Below are positions 9,287 to 18,095 of a stretch of DNA of 64,000 nt, in pieces (the first letter of the stretch is position 1; each line of letters starts with the position of its first letter). Made by a program: the position numbers and the translations under genes. The DNA comes from an uncultured Bacteroidales bacterium (GTDB taxonomy: Bacteria; Bacteroidota; Bacteroidia; Bacteroidales; JAKIYJ01). A model generated the notes under the pieces. That model was not told the DNA's origin. It saw only the letters and a program-made list of their open reading frames with translations, and did no database searches. Location of the stretch: positions 4,412-68,411 of the forward strand of contig CAZDEU010000001.1 in NCBI GenBank assembly GCA_964504265.1, given 5' to 3'.

Positions 9287-10501
9287 TTAAACTGTTGCTT
9301 CAGAATTTACAACTATTAACTGATAACTGTAATTTAAACCTTTATCTAAATTTGAAAATCCTTCGGAACTTATCATCATTGTATCGGTTGATGTCGGTAA
9401 ATCTGCTGATTCAAATCTGAAATTAGGGACGAATATTTGAAATTGATAATTAACATTTGTTGCACCAATTTCAACACCATTTGTTAAACCGTATATAACT
9501 TCAAGTATGCCTTTTGTAGCATTTCTGAATTTATTATAATAAGTCATATCTGTAAATTCAAGTTCGGTATTCAATGAAAATTCCTGCTTACCAGGTATGA
9601 TTGCTCTTGCTGTATTATCACCACGAATTGAATATCTTGCATCAAGGTTATTTGCAATACCGATTTCAATGTTTTCAAGCATTGTTTCTGCTGTCCAATC
9701 TAATTTTGCAGTTGCTTGTTTAAAAAGAAATGGGTCTAATGCTGATAATTGCAATGTATCATCGTATACATGGCTTGTATCTGTTCCATATTTTTCATCT
9801 TGAGCAATTATATCACAATCGGCTTTCAAGAAATCTTCCGAGTTAACATTAATTGTCATATTATCAATTTTGCAACCTGTATATTCGAATAATTCAATAT
9901 TACCTTTTTTATTCCAATACTGAAATGACGGCTGGTCATAAGCTGTAAATTTATGTGAATAAACTCCTGAAACTTCTTTGCAATATTCAGCCATAACCTC
10001 ATCAGTTGAAATTAATGCTGTGCCAAATGTTACTTCACCTGTCGCAACATTTAATGAAAATTCATTACCGCTTGGCGTTGAACCATAATCTTCAGTCATC
10101 AAAGTCCATTGACCACCTGAAACTTTTTTGTAAAAGGTATAACTTGCTGCTGTAATTGGCGTATTTGCCAATGTAGCGGTTGTGCCTGTAATGCCTGTTA
10201 ATCTTTCCCTTTTAAATTCACCCGCATAAGTTGTAACTTTACCGCAAGCATATTTTAAAAATTTTGTAAAACCATTTTCAGGAGCTGCAACGATAGATAT
10301 TGAGCCTTCAACCGATTTTCTTGTCTGGATATTTTCCGCTTTAACACGGTCGCCTGTTATTGTTTCTGGGTCTGTGTATCCGAAATCTGCGGACATTGAA
10401 TCATCGGATAATTCAACTCTTTTTTTAGTAGCTGCTGGATTATAAATACCGAATGTTGCTTCATCAATAACCAGCATTTTACTCAAAACGCCTAAAGCCA
10501 T
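9287..10501 (-). CDS. major tail (tube) protein, by position
   Basis: 404-aa ORF upstream of the chaperones, followed by strong hairpin terminator 9245-9280. No motif-level support. Confidence 0.45.
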   Translation of the reverse strand: MALGVLSKMLVIDEATFGIYNPAATKKRVELSDDSMSADFGYTDPETITGDRVKAENIQTRKSVEGSISIVAAPENGFTKFLKYACGKVTTYAGEFKRERLTGITGTTATLANTPITAASYTFYKKVSGGQWTLMTEDYGSTPSGNEFSLNVATGEVTFGTALISTDEVMAEYCKEVSGVYSHKFTAYDQPSFQYWNKKGNIELFEYTGCKIDNMTINVNSEDFLKADCDIIAQDEKYGTDTSHVYDDTLQLSALDPFLFKQATAKLDWTAETMLENIEIGIANNLDARYSIRGDNTARAIIPGKQEFSLNTELEFTDMTYYNKFRNATKGILEVIYGLTNGVEIGATNVNYQFQIFVPNFRFESADLPTSTDTMMISSEGFSNLDKGLNYSYQLIVVNSEATV

Positions 10502-10584
10502 ATAAAAACACCTTCCTTAAATTTTTGATTTGTTTTCATTATTTTTAAATTAAAATTATTTAATTATAATGAATTTATATGAAA

Positions 10585-10628
10585 GTTTAAATTATTTTAT
10601 ATAAAAATAATTATAAAATAAATTAAAC
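10585..10628. repeat. A/T palindrome P3 (loop type A)
   Basis: GTTTAAATTATTTTATA TAAAAATAAT TATAAAATAAATTAAAC. Confidence 0.9.
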
Positions 10629-10630
10629 TT

Positions 10631-11077
10631 TTAATTGTAATATACTTTTTTCTGAATATTGAAACTTATTACAGCGGTAAAATTAATATAATTATCTGTT
10701 ACAAATGATTGATATTCTATACCTGAAATTGAACTATCATAATAATTACCGTTTATTTTAGGATTTTTTTGTAATATACTTCTTACATTTTTAACTAACT
10801 TATCTAAATCATCTATCCCTTTAAGGCTTTTAGTTGTTTCTTCAAATTCCTGTGTCATTAAAAGTATATCAATGCTATATGTATTTAAATATCCTGAGCT
10901 AACTGTTTTAATTTGACTGTTTTCACTTTTTCTTATTAATAATAATGCTGGATATAATTCAATTAATGGATTAGCATATTTGTAAAATGTATTTACTTTT
11001 ATATTAACTGATGTGTCAGAATTTAATAAAGGGTCATTAAATAATAAAGTATATAAATCATCGATAACTTGTTTCAT
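10631..11077 (-). CDS. neck/tail-completion protein (position only)
   Basis: 148-aa ORF, ATGA-coupled to the upstream gene, within the head-tail joining block. Confidence 0.3.
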   Translation of the reverse strand: MKQVIDDLYTLLFNDPLLNSDTSVNIKVNTFYKYANPLIELYPALLLIRKSENSQIKTVSSGYLNTYSIDILLMTQEFEETTKSLKGIDDLDKLVKNVRSILQKNPKINGNYYDSSISGIEYQSFVTDNYINFTAVISFNIQKKVYYN

Positions 11078-11586
11078 AATTTTTTTCCTTTACCAAAAAA
11101 TGTAATTTCTAAAATCTCTTTTAAACTATCTATATCATCGCTACTTAAAAACATAAAATCTCTTTTTGGTATTATTCTTTTGCCACCAAAACTATTTGTT
11201 CCACCTTTATTATCTGGTTGTTCGTGATAAACTGCATATGATATTGTAGTTCCTACTTTAGCATAATTTGATTTGACTTCAAATATTGAACCTGGACCAC
11301 CTTGAATTGAGTTTAATAAATCGCCTGTATCTCTTAATATTTGTGTTGAATTACTTTTTTTAGGGCCTTTTTTTCTTAATGCTATTGTTACAGGACTTAA
11401 TGGTTTCCATTGAGCAGTTGAACCTTGATTTTGTCTAAAGTGTTCTATAACTCTTGAACGCATAAAATTTGCAATACTTCTAAATGCCATTTCAGGGTTT
11501 TTTAATTTCTCTATTATATCTTGAATAGCATTTAAAGTTTCTTTTCCGTCAAAATCAAAATTAAAACTTAATCCATTTTTTGCCAT
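11074..11586 (-). CDS. Mu gpG-like virion morphogenesis protein
   Basis: N-terminal pattern ...AFRSIANFMRSRVIEHFRQNQGSTAQWKPLSPVTIALRKK resembles the phage virion morphogenesis (Mu G / tail S) family. Confidence 0.5.
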   Translation of the reverse strand: MAKNGLSFNFDFDGKETLNAIQDIIEKLKNPEMAFRSIANFMRSRVIEHFRQNQGSTAQWKPLSPVTIALRKKGPKKSNSTQILRDTGDLLNSIQGGPGSIFEVKSNYAKVGTTISYAVYHEQPDNKGGTNSFGGKRIIPKRDFMFLSSDDIDSLKEILEITFFGKGKKL

Positions 11587-12341
11587 TTAAACAGCTCCTC
11601 AAATTTTGATAATCCGGCATTCAAATATTTTCTTTCCATTATATGTATTGATTTTAAAGTTGTTTCTAAATAAATTTTATACTCTTTAATTATATCTTCA
11701 CAGTATCCGGAATCTTCTCCGAATCTGTGATTTTTAAATCTGAATTTGAATAATTTATTTGATATTAAATAGCAAGCACCTGACATATTAACTTCATAAA
11801 GATTATTTAATTCATAATTTTTAAAATGTATTGGATTATTATTTATATTCTGGCTCGCATTTATATATCTGTTTTTTAAATTATCATAATCAAATTTATC
11901 TTTTAAATGATTATCATTTAATACTATTGTCGCAATATAATCTTTTTTAAAGTTTAATAAATGGTTTAAAATATCCTGTGAAACTAATATATCGCTATCA
12001 ATACTTAATTGATAATCTACTTTTATTTCAATACATTTTTCAATTAATTTATTTCTTAACCCTGATAAATGTTCATATAATTTATTTCTATCTTTTAATA
12101 TTCTGCTGCTTTCATTATTTGAAAAATAATCGTTTGGTTCTACTATTATTATATCTTCAAATAAATCTCTGCATTGGTTATTAAATCTATTTAATATTGC
12201 TAATGAATTGTCATTGCTATAATCATCTATGAATATTAAAGTTATTTTTGATTTATCATAATCGATTGCCATTATTTTATTTAAAAAATCTGGCAATATC
12301 CATTCTCTATTTTTTATTAGTGATGTTATTGCTATCCTCAT
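11568..12341 (-). CDS. GT-A fold glycosyltransferase
   Basis: IFIDDYSNDNS, the DxD-like SIDSDIL and GEDSGYC motifs are typical of family-2-like glycosyltransferases. Confidence 0.55.
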   Translation of the reverse strand: MRIAITSLIKNREWILPDFLNKIMAIDYDKSKITLIFIDDYSNDNSLAILNRFNNQCRDLFEDIIIVEPNDYFSNNESSRILKDRNKLYEHLSGLRNKLIEKCIEIKVDYQLSIDSDILVSQDILNHLLNFKKDYIATIVLNDNHLKDKFDYDNLKNRYINASQNINNNPIHFKNYELNNLYEVNMSGACYLISNKLFKFRFKNHRFGEDSGYCEDIIKEYKIYLETTLKSIHIMERKYLNAGLSKFEELFKWQKMD

Positions 12342-12356
12342 TTTTAAATATCCTTT

Positions 12357-12399
12357 AAAACATTGTTTCTTTAAGGTTTAAAGTAGCGTTAGTTGACTC
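12357..12399 (-). repeat. 35-nt motif copy e (minus orientation, directly upstream of SD of the 11568..12341 glycosyltransferase)
   Basis: Reverse complement reads GAGTCAACTAACGCTACTTTAAACCTTAAAGAAACAATGTTTT, followed by AAAGGA and ATG. Confidence 0.8.
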
Positions 12400-12405
12400 A
12401 TTACA

Positions 12406-12960
12406 TTATTTATTATCCCTATCATATTGTATATCTTCTTCCTGATTTTCACATACTTTACTATCTGGCCAATCATCAAGATTAAATATCGAATTATAAG
12501 GTGAATTTATTGAGTTCATTGAAGTTGACCATATACCAGATTTTGATGTTGCAGTTGAACTAAATGTTATTTTACCATCTTCGCCTAATGATACACCATC
12601 TCTAAATGCGCATGGTAATAATAACTCGGGTTTATTTGCAACCATTGATTTTAATAATTCAATGTTTTCTTTCCATATTGTTTTTGCTACTGGATTTTCT
12701 TCTGATTGGTTACTGTCATAAAAATATTTTAAGCATTTCGCCGTTACCATATCCGTTGAAATGGTAACTAAAATATCAGGCGTGAAAGGCGTTGAATTAT
12801 CAACTGAGTATAATGGTATTTGATAAAGTTTGTATAATATACCATTGATTAATGCTTCAACTCTTGTAATATAAAAAGTTATCTTATCATCTGGTAATAA
12901 TGCTGATGAACTAAATTTTTTATAGTTATCCCTTACTAATGCTATCGATGTATAACTCAT
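12406..12960 (-). CDS. head-tail connector, DUF1320 / Mu gp36-like
   Basis: N-terminus MSYTSIALVRDNY...RVEALINGILYKLYQIPL matches the DUF1320 pattern as I recall it. Sits directly after the capsid gene. Confidence 0.45.
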   Translation of the reverse strand: MSYTSIALVRDNYKKFSSSALLPDDKITFYITRVEALINGILYKLYQIPLYSVDNSTPFTPDILVTISTDMVTAKCLKYFYDSNQSEENPVAKTIWKENIELLKSMVANKPELLLPCAFRDGVSLGEDGKITFSSTATSKSGIWSTSMNSINSPYNSIFNLDDWPDSKVCENQEEDIQYDRDNK

Positions 12961-12978
12961 TTATTTTCTCCTTTTGAT

Positions 12979-13022
12979 TTTTAAATTATTTTATATAAAA
13001 ATAATTATAAAATAAATTAAAA
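12979..13022. repeat. A/T palindrome P4 (type A)
   Basis: Same core as P3. Ends about 20 nt before ATG 12960. Confidence 0.9.
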
Positions 13023-13032
13023 ATTATAAAAA

Positions 13033-13071
13033 ATAGTGGGCAATGCTAATTAAATTAACACCGCCCACTAT
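13033..13071 (-). terminator. terminator after the major capsid gene
   Basis: ATAGTGGGC / GCCCACTAT stem, followed by TTTTTATAATTTTT on the minus strand. Confidence 0.7.
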
Positions 13072-13096
13072 ATCTGGAGGAACTTATAATGGACAA

Positions 13097-14101
13097 TTAA
13101 AATACTTTAGCATAAACTATTCTATCTGGGAACTGGATAGCTGGCAATCCGTATTGACCTGCTAAAACCTGCGTTGATTTCGGATCTTTTATTTCGATTG
13201 TTTCACCAAATTTTCCAGGGGTCATTGTATATTCATTTGGGCAATCAAAGAATACAGCAGTTGCTTCATTAGGCGATGTTGACGCACCTTTTGTTGCTAT
13301 TGTAATAACATCTCCATCTTCAACTAATCTGTAGTTAGTGCCTGTTGAATCTGTAAACATACCAGAAGCAATTACAAGTTCAACATTGATAGCTGCAAGA
13401 TAAGTTTTAACTTTTGAAATTATATCAACTGTTCCACCGTCAAATTTTAAAACATCCCTTACTTTTGTCGCATTTATCATCTGAATTAAAGTTGTTTTAT
13501 TCATTATAACTTTATCAGCTACTGCGCCGCCATCTTTTTCAATTAAATCTGACCAATTAAAAATATCTGTCAATGGATCAGAATTTACAAGGTCATTCCA
13601 TTTAGCAGTTGAAGTTAAAGTTACTTTATGAGTTGCTTTAAAACCATAATCGATTGAAAATGAAACGCCTGTATCGGTATCAGAGTATGTAAGCGTGCCG
13701 GTTAATGCTTTCATTTTTAACCATTCAACTCTCATATCAACGCCATCATTTACTCTTGATGTATAATCAAGAACCATCTGATTAGCATATTTTTCATTTA
13801 GTGTGCCTGGTTTTCTTAACAAAAGCATATCAGCTGCTTTTATCGGGATTTTATGTTTTATTACTGCGCCTGTTGATTTCATTGTTTTAATATTTTCAGG
13901 CTGGCAAATAGGAGCAACTGAATTCATACCTGTAATTGGAGCCATCGGAAATGACCCATAAATTACATCCCATTGAATATCCATTGTCTGGCTTTCTTTG
14001 CTTGCATATATAGTGTTAGAAAGCATTTCTTTAACTGGGAACTGTTTAATTAGACCGGAAATATACTGTGGATTAAGAACTGAATACAACGAATCTGACA
14101 T
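13097..14101 (-). CDS. major capsid protein (lambda gpE-like size and position)
   Basis: 334 aa, preceded by decoration-like and protease/scaffold genes, followed by GC-containing terminator 13033-13071. Confidence 0.75.
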   Translation of the reverse strand: MSDSLYSVLNPQYISGLIKQFPVKEMLSNTIYASKESQTMDIQWDVIYGSFPMAPITGMNSVAPICQPENIKTMKSTGAVIKHKIPIKAADMLLLRKPGTLNEKYANQMVLDYTSRVNDGVDMRVEWLKMKALTGTLTYSDTDTGVSFSIDYGFKATHKVTLTSTAKWNDLVNSDPLTDIFNWSDLIEKDGGAVADKVIMNKTTLIQMINATKVRDVLKFDGGTVDIISKVKTYLAAINVELVIASGMFTDSTGTNYRLVEDGDVITIATKGASTSPNEATAVFFDCPNEYTMTPGKFGETIEIKDPKSTQVLAGQYGLPAIQFPDRIVYAKVF

Positions 14102-14139
14102 ATATTTACACCTTCCTCATTTATTTTTATATTTTTAAA

Positions 14140-14511
14140 TTAGATAAAAATTATATTTTTCATATCTGTTTTTGCGTCTGCATCTAAACCAACGCAAGCA
14201 CTTTCATACACAACACCGTGAATTGCATAATCGATAACTACATCAATTGGTGTTGAACCGATTGTCGTGCCGTCAACCTGTTCACCTAAAATACCGACTG
14301 CAACATCTGCACCGTCTGAACCACCTGAATTATATTTTACGATTTTACCCGTCGAGGTTTGTTTTGCAACAACCTGACCGGCAACAAATGGGAATGTTTC
14401 AGTTGCAAGAATCTGACCTGACCTTAAAATTGGATGGTCCAATGAATTAAGAAATACTTTTTTAGAATTAAATACTTTATCCTGATGAATGTGAGGAACT
14501 AATATAGACAT
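14140..14511 (-). CDS. head decoration-like protein (DUF2190 / gpD position)
   Basis: 123 aa with AGQVVAKQTSTGKIVKY...VAVGILGEQVD...IHGVV. Located between the scaffold and capsid genes. Confidence 0.45.
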   Translation of the reverse strand: MSILVPHIHQDKVFNSKKVFLNSLDHPILRSGQILATETFPFVAGQVVAKQTSTGKIVKYNSGGSDGADVAVGILGEQVDGTTIGSTPIDVVIDYAIHGVVYESACVGLDADAKTDMKNIIFI

Positions 14512-14536
14512 AAAATTACACCTTCCTTATTTATTT

Positions 14537-15778
14537 TTATTTTTTGAAATATTCTGGAAACTGTTCTTTAACCATATTGATTTTTATTTCTTCTGGTTTG
14601 CTTTCTTCGGTTACTGAAATATCTTTTGAAATTGCCGATGATAAGTTAATCTGATTTGGTAAAGTGTTAATAAATTCTTTAATAGAATCTTTAATATTTA
14701 CCTGTTTTTTATCAGATAACATTATTACCATATTTTCTGTTTTGTTCATACTGAAAAATAATTCTTTCAATTTTTCTGTCTGGGCTGGCAATACTTTACC
14801 TTCTTTAACTAATGCTTCGATATAGTTAGAATCTGAAAGATTTACTTTTTCAATTTCAGCGTCTTTAGCTTTCTGGTTTGCTTTTTCAAGTTCGATTGAC
14901 ATTGTTTTAAGTTTGTTTTCCATATCTGAAAGTTTTGCTGTTACTTCTGGATTTTCAGGCATAACCGTTTCAGCAGGTGCTTCAGATGGAGCTGCATTTT
15001 TCTTTTTCTTTTTCAAACCATCTGCTAATTTCATTACTGATTTTTCTGCTCTTGAAAGCATAATATCATCAGTATCTGTTGAACCCTCAAGAAAATTATA
15101 AAGTAATTCAATTACTTTTTCAAGTTGAGTAACTACCGTATCAACAGTATCAACAACTACTGCGGCTGAAACTGTATTTTCTTCTGGTTTTACTTCCGGT
15201 TCCACCTGTTCAGTTGTAATTGGTGCGGCTGGTAAATTACTATTTGTTTCTTCTGCTTTTGATAAATCTGGCATCTTTGACTCCTCCTTATTTGATAATG
15301 TTATTATTGTTACTTCATTATTATCGCTATAATAAAGTTTTTGAATATCGCTTAAAGTTTTTATCTCAGGCATTTCTTCGCCCAATAAAGCTAATCCGCA
15401 TAAAACTGTTCCGTATCTTTTTTTCTTATTATCATCATTATAATTTGCAATTACTTCGGCTGATTTTCTTGAGTATGCTTTTTTATCCATTAATTCTTTT
15501 ACTTGTTTTGGGACATTACTGAAATCAGCATATAATTTAGTGCCGTCATCTGATAATTTTAAATCTGCAATAAAACCTGCACTTGGATATCCTGTGCGTT
15601 TTAAAATTTCTTGTTCTCCATGACCTAATTTTAAAGTAGGTTTTATTTCTTCTTTCAGTTCATTAAAATTATCATATATTTCTTTTAATTTTTCTACGGT
15701 AAAATCAAACCCTTGATATTTACCAATAGTTAAAATCTCTTCATCTTTTAAATTATAAGTTTCATTATTCTCTTCCAT
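14537..15778 (-). CDS. Mu gpI-like prohead protease / scaffold fusion
   Basis: N-terminal LGHGEQE...GYPSAGFIADLKLSDDGTKLYADF resembles the Mu I protease family. The C-terminal half is charged coiled-coil (scaffold-like). Confidence 0.55.
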   Translation of the reverse strand: MEENNETYNLKDEEILTIGKYQGFDFTVEKLKEIYDNFNELKEEIKPTLKLGHGEQEILKRTGYPSAGFIADLKLSDDGTKLYADFSNVPKQVKELMDKKAYSRKSAEVIANYNDDNKKKRYGTVLCGLALLGEEMPEIKTLSDIQKLYYSDNNEVTIITLSNKEESKMPDLSKAEETNSNLPAAPITTEQVEPEVKPEENTVSAAVVVDTVDTVVTQLEKVIELLYNFLEGSTDTDDIMLSRAEKSVMKLADGLKKKKKNAAPSEAPAETVMPENPEVTAKLSDMENKLKTMSIELEKANQKAKDAEIEKVNLSDSNYIEALVKEGKVLPAQTEKLKELFFSMNKTENMVIMLSDKKQVNIKDSIKEFINTLPNQINLSSAISKDISVTEESKPEEIKINMVKEQFPEYFKK

Positions 15779-15852
15779 TATTTGAAATCTCCTATAATTT
15801 TTTATTTGCTTACAAAATTTTATATTAAAAACTAATATTTTTAAATAAAAAA

Positions 15853-15889
15853 AAATTCTTAAATTATTAAAATAATAATTTAAGAATTT
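15853..15889 (-). terminator. 17-bp A/T hairpin followed by a T9 run
   Basis: AAATTCTTAAATTATTA / TAATAATTTAAGAATTT, then TTTTTTTTT on the minus strand. Confidence 0.6.
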
Positions 15890-15923
15890 ATTATATTGGC
15901 TATTAACTTATTGATTTTATTAA

Positions 15924-15967
15924 GTTTAAATTATTTTATAATTATTTTTATATAAAATAATTTAAAC
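15924..15967. repeat. A/T palindrome P5 (loop type B)
   Basis: GTTTAAATTATTTTATA ATTATTTTTA TATAAAATAATTTAAAC, with perfect arms. Confidence 0.9.
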
Positions 15968-15986
15968 TTTTAAATTATTGATTATT

Positions 15987-16502
15987 TTATTTTAATCTTG
16001 TTATAACTCTTACTTCTAACATATCTATTGTTACATCTTGATTTATTGCTGTACCACCGTTGCTTCTATCTGACATTCCTTGTTTAATTGCGAATGTTAA
16101 TTGACTTTCACCAATTTCTAAACCTTTAAATAACTTTGTTTCTGATTTTACTGCACCTAATTTTTCAATTATATTTGCGGTTGCTGGATGCCCTATATAA
16201 TGTTTTAACCCGTCAAGTTTTGGAACTTCAGCCAATTTATGAATTTCATAAGAGCCATCCAAAGGTAATATTGAAGTGCTTGTAATTGCTACTACATTTA
16301 AGGGTTCGATATTTCTAACTAAAGTTAAATCGCTTTCAAAAAAAGTGCCACATACGCAATTAGTATTTATAGCATCTACGGTTTCAACATATTCCGCAAG
16401 CATATCATTTCCAGCAACTACTTTTTCAATTTCTGAAGCACAATAACCCGATTTTAAAAAGTTAAATGTTTCACCTTTGAGTATTATTTTTAAATTTTTC
16501 AT
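15987..16502 (-). CDS. hypothetical protein, possibly DUF1874 / B116-like
   Basis: YIGHPATANIIEKLGAVKSETKLFKGLEIGES pattern. Weak recollection only. Confidence 0.3.
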   Translation of the reverse strand: MKNLKIILKGETFNFLKSGYCASEIEKVVAGNDMLAEYVETVDAINTNCVCGTFFESDLTLVRNIEPLNVVAITSTSILPLDGSYEIHKLAEVPKLDGLKHYIGHPATANIIEKLGAVKSETKLFKGLEIGESQLTFAIKQGMSDRSNGGTAINQDVTIDMLEVRVITRLK

Positions 16503-16573
16503 TTTAATACCATCCTTTTTATTTTTATTTATACTAATATAATAATGGTTTCAATTTTCTTTTTCTAATTTTT

Positions 16574-16900
16574 TTATTTTATTTCTTTTTCAAGCATTTC
16601 ATACAAGTTAATATCTGTATTTTCATCTCTATATTGCCTTTCTATTGCTTCTTCAATTATTTCATCATAATCTTGCTCTTCAAAATCTTCAGCGTCAATT
16701 TCATTATCTTTTGTATATTTTAAACTTACTGTTAACAATGGTTTTTCAGTATATTATGTGTAGGTCGAATAACTTGATTCATCGCAAGCAATATCACCAT
16801 CCGCAAAAACATTAACATTAAAGTGTGTAAGTGGATAATCATGCCTTACAAGTTTATCAGCTGCGTTTAATTTGTTAATTATTAATTTTCTTAATTTCAT
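16574..16900 (-). pseudogene. small ORF interrupted by a single in-frame TAA (48 codons + TAA + 59 codons)
   Basis: Hand translation: ATG 16900 (SD AAAGGAAAG) MKLRKLIINKLNAADKLVRHDYPLTHFNVNVFADGDIACDESSYSTYT, then TAA at 16754-16756, then YTEKPLLTVSLKYTKDNEIDAEDFEEQDYDEIIEEAIERQYRDENTDINLYEMLEKEIK, stop 16574-16576. Confidence 0.45.
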
Positions 16901-16923
16901 TTTTCATCTTTCCTTTCAAATTT

Positions 16924-16953
16924 CAGGTTTTTAATCAGAACCTGTTAAACTGA
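16924..16953 (-). promoter_or_regulatory. pseudoknot-like leader element, copy 1
   Basis: CAGGTT 16924-29 pairs with AACCTG 16939-44. TCAG 16935-38 pairs with CTGA 16950-53. Confidence 0.6.
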
Positions 16954-16970
16954 ATTTATGATTTTATTAA

Positions 16971-17014
16971 GTTTAATTTATTTTATAATTATTTTTATAT
17001 AAAATAATTTAAAC
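16971..17014. repeat. A/T palindrome P6 (type B)
   Basis: GTTTAATTTATTTTATAATTATTTTTATATAAAATAATTTAAAC. Confidence 0.9.
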
Positions 17015-17042
17015 TTTTATTTTTAAGAATTTAAATATGTTT

Positions 17043-17237
17043 CTAATCATTTTTATATTGCATAATTGTACTTACAGTTTTTTGTATAGATGCAGTCATA
17101 ATAGAATCGACAAATTGAAATGCTAATAATCCAAATAATATACCAATCATTTCTAAACAACAAATATTGAAAGCCGTATGGATTATAAAATATCTATAAA
17201 ATCCGCATAATAAAATAAATAATATATTTACACTCAT
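17043..17237 (-). CDS. small two-TM membrane protein
   Basis: 64 aa and hydrophobic. SD AAGGAGA 5 nt upstream of the ATG. Confidence 0.4.
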   Translation of the reverse strand: MSVNILFILLCGFYRYFIIHTAFNICCLEMIGILFGLLAFQFVDSIMTASIQKTVSTIMQYKND

Positions 17238-17292
17238 ATAATCTCCTTATCTTTTTTATTTTATATTTATATAATAATTTTTTAATTTTTTT

Positions 17293-17661
17293 TTATTTTA
17301 TTTCTAATAAATTTTTTGGTAACATGTTTGATGTTGGCGTGACATATATTCTTATACCACAATCCTGACCGCAGAAATAATTTCTGGTTACTAATATTTC
17401 ATTATCATTTGCTATCCATTTTGGTTGTTTACTTTCCTGTATTGCTGGATGGAAATTATGATAACTTTTTGAATCTCCAATTACAATACCTTCATTATTT
17501 AATACGGTGTAATATGTTTTACTCCCGCCGTCCCAGTAACTCGTCGTTTCAATTTCTTTGTTATTATCTATTATTTCAACGCTTATTTTACGGCCTTTAT
17601 AATCTGGATAAGCCGTATCAATAATTATTTTAGCGTCTTTTCTATTTAATTTTATATTCAT
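17293..17661 (-). CDS. hypothetical protein
   Basis: 122-aa ORF with SD. Preceded by pseudoknot-like leader copy 2. Confidence 0.5.
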   Translation of the reverse strand: MNIKLNRKDAKIIIDTAYPDYKGRKISVEIIDNNKEIETTSYWDGGSKTYYTVLNNEGIVIGDSKSYHNFHPAIQESKQPKWIANDNEILVTRNYFCGQDCGIRIYVTPTSNMLPKNLLEIK

Positions 17662-17682
17662 TTTAATATTCCTTTCTTATTT

Positions 17683-17712
17683 CAGGTTTTTGATTGGAAC
17701 CTGTTAAACCAA
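17683..17712 (-). promoter_or_regulatory. pseudoknot-like leader element, copy 2
   Basis: CAGGTT 17683-88 pairs with AACCTG 17698-703. TTGG 17694-97 pairs with CCAA 17709-12. Confidence 0.6.
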
Positions 17713-17721
17713 ATTTATTTG

Positions 17722-17928
17722 TTAACTAATTTCAAATTTTCGTTTATCAACTCTACCTGATGTGATAATCTCTATATCAGGTATTTGAGGAAAATCTGAT
17801 TTTAAACTTTCCCTTATACTTGATATTTCATCTTCATATTCAGTATTAATTACTAAATATTTTGGCTGTCTATTATTTTTATATTTGAACAATGATAATT
17901 GGGTGTATATTTCTTTATTATTTAACAT
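17722..17928 (-). CDS. hypothetical small acidic protein, first gene of promoter cassette A
   Basis: ATG 17928. SD AAGGGG in leader GGGGAAATTAAAATG. About 48 nt downstream of the predicted -10. Confidence 0.5.
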   Translation of the reverse strand: MLNNKEIYTQLSLFKYKNNRQPKYLVINTEYEDEISSIRESLKSDFPQIPDIEIITSGRVDKRKFEIS

Positions 17929-17982
17929 TTTAATTTCCCCTTTTTCTTTTTTTATTTTTATCCCTTAACCCTTTATATTTTT

Positions 17983-18011
17983 ATTATAACATATTATAAT
18001 AAAAATGTAAA
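17983..18011 (-). promoter_or_regulatory. sigma-70-type promoter, cassette A: TTTACA-17 nt-TATAAT with TGn extended -10
   Basis: -35 is the reverse complement of 18006-18011. -10 is the reverse complement of 17983-17988. TGT lies at 17989-17991. Confidence 0.7.
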
Positions 18012-18048
18012 TAGTTTTTATAAAATAATTTAAAATAAAAATAAAAAA

Positions 18049-18075
18049 GCATTGATAACCTTTTATTATCAATGC
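18049..18075. terminator. bidirectional intrinsic terminator, cassette A
   Basis: GCATTGATAA / TTATCAATGC, a 10-bp stem flanked by an A-run and a T-run. Lies just after the nrdG stop. Confidence 0.75.
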
Positions 18076-18095
18076 TTTTCACGGTAAAAATAATT

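Noticed and set aside
16754-16756. Genome-wide stop-codon reassignment, or genetic code 4/15-type recoding, as an explanation for the in-frame TAA.
   Set aside because: ORFs of 3,338, 1,781, 699 and 649 codons are intact under the standard code. Genes end cleanly at TAA, TGA or TAG next to regulatory elements. Only this one small ORF is affected.
17683-17724. Pseudoknot-like element as a stop-codon read-through or frameshift stimulator for the upstream gene.
   Set aside because: The spacing after the stop codon is suggestive, but the zero and shifted frames hit further stops within a few codons (e.g. CAA ATA AAT TTG GTT TAA), so no extended product is possible.
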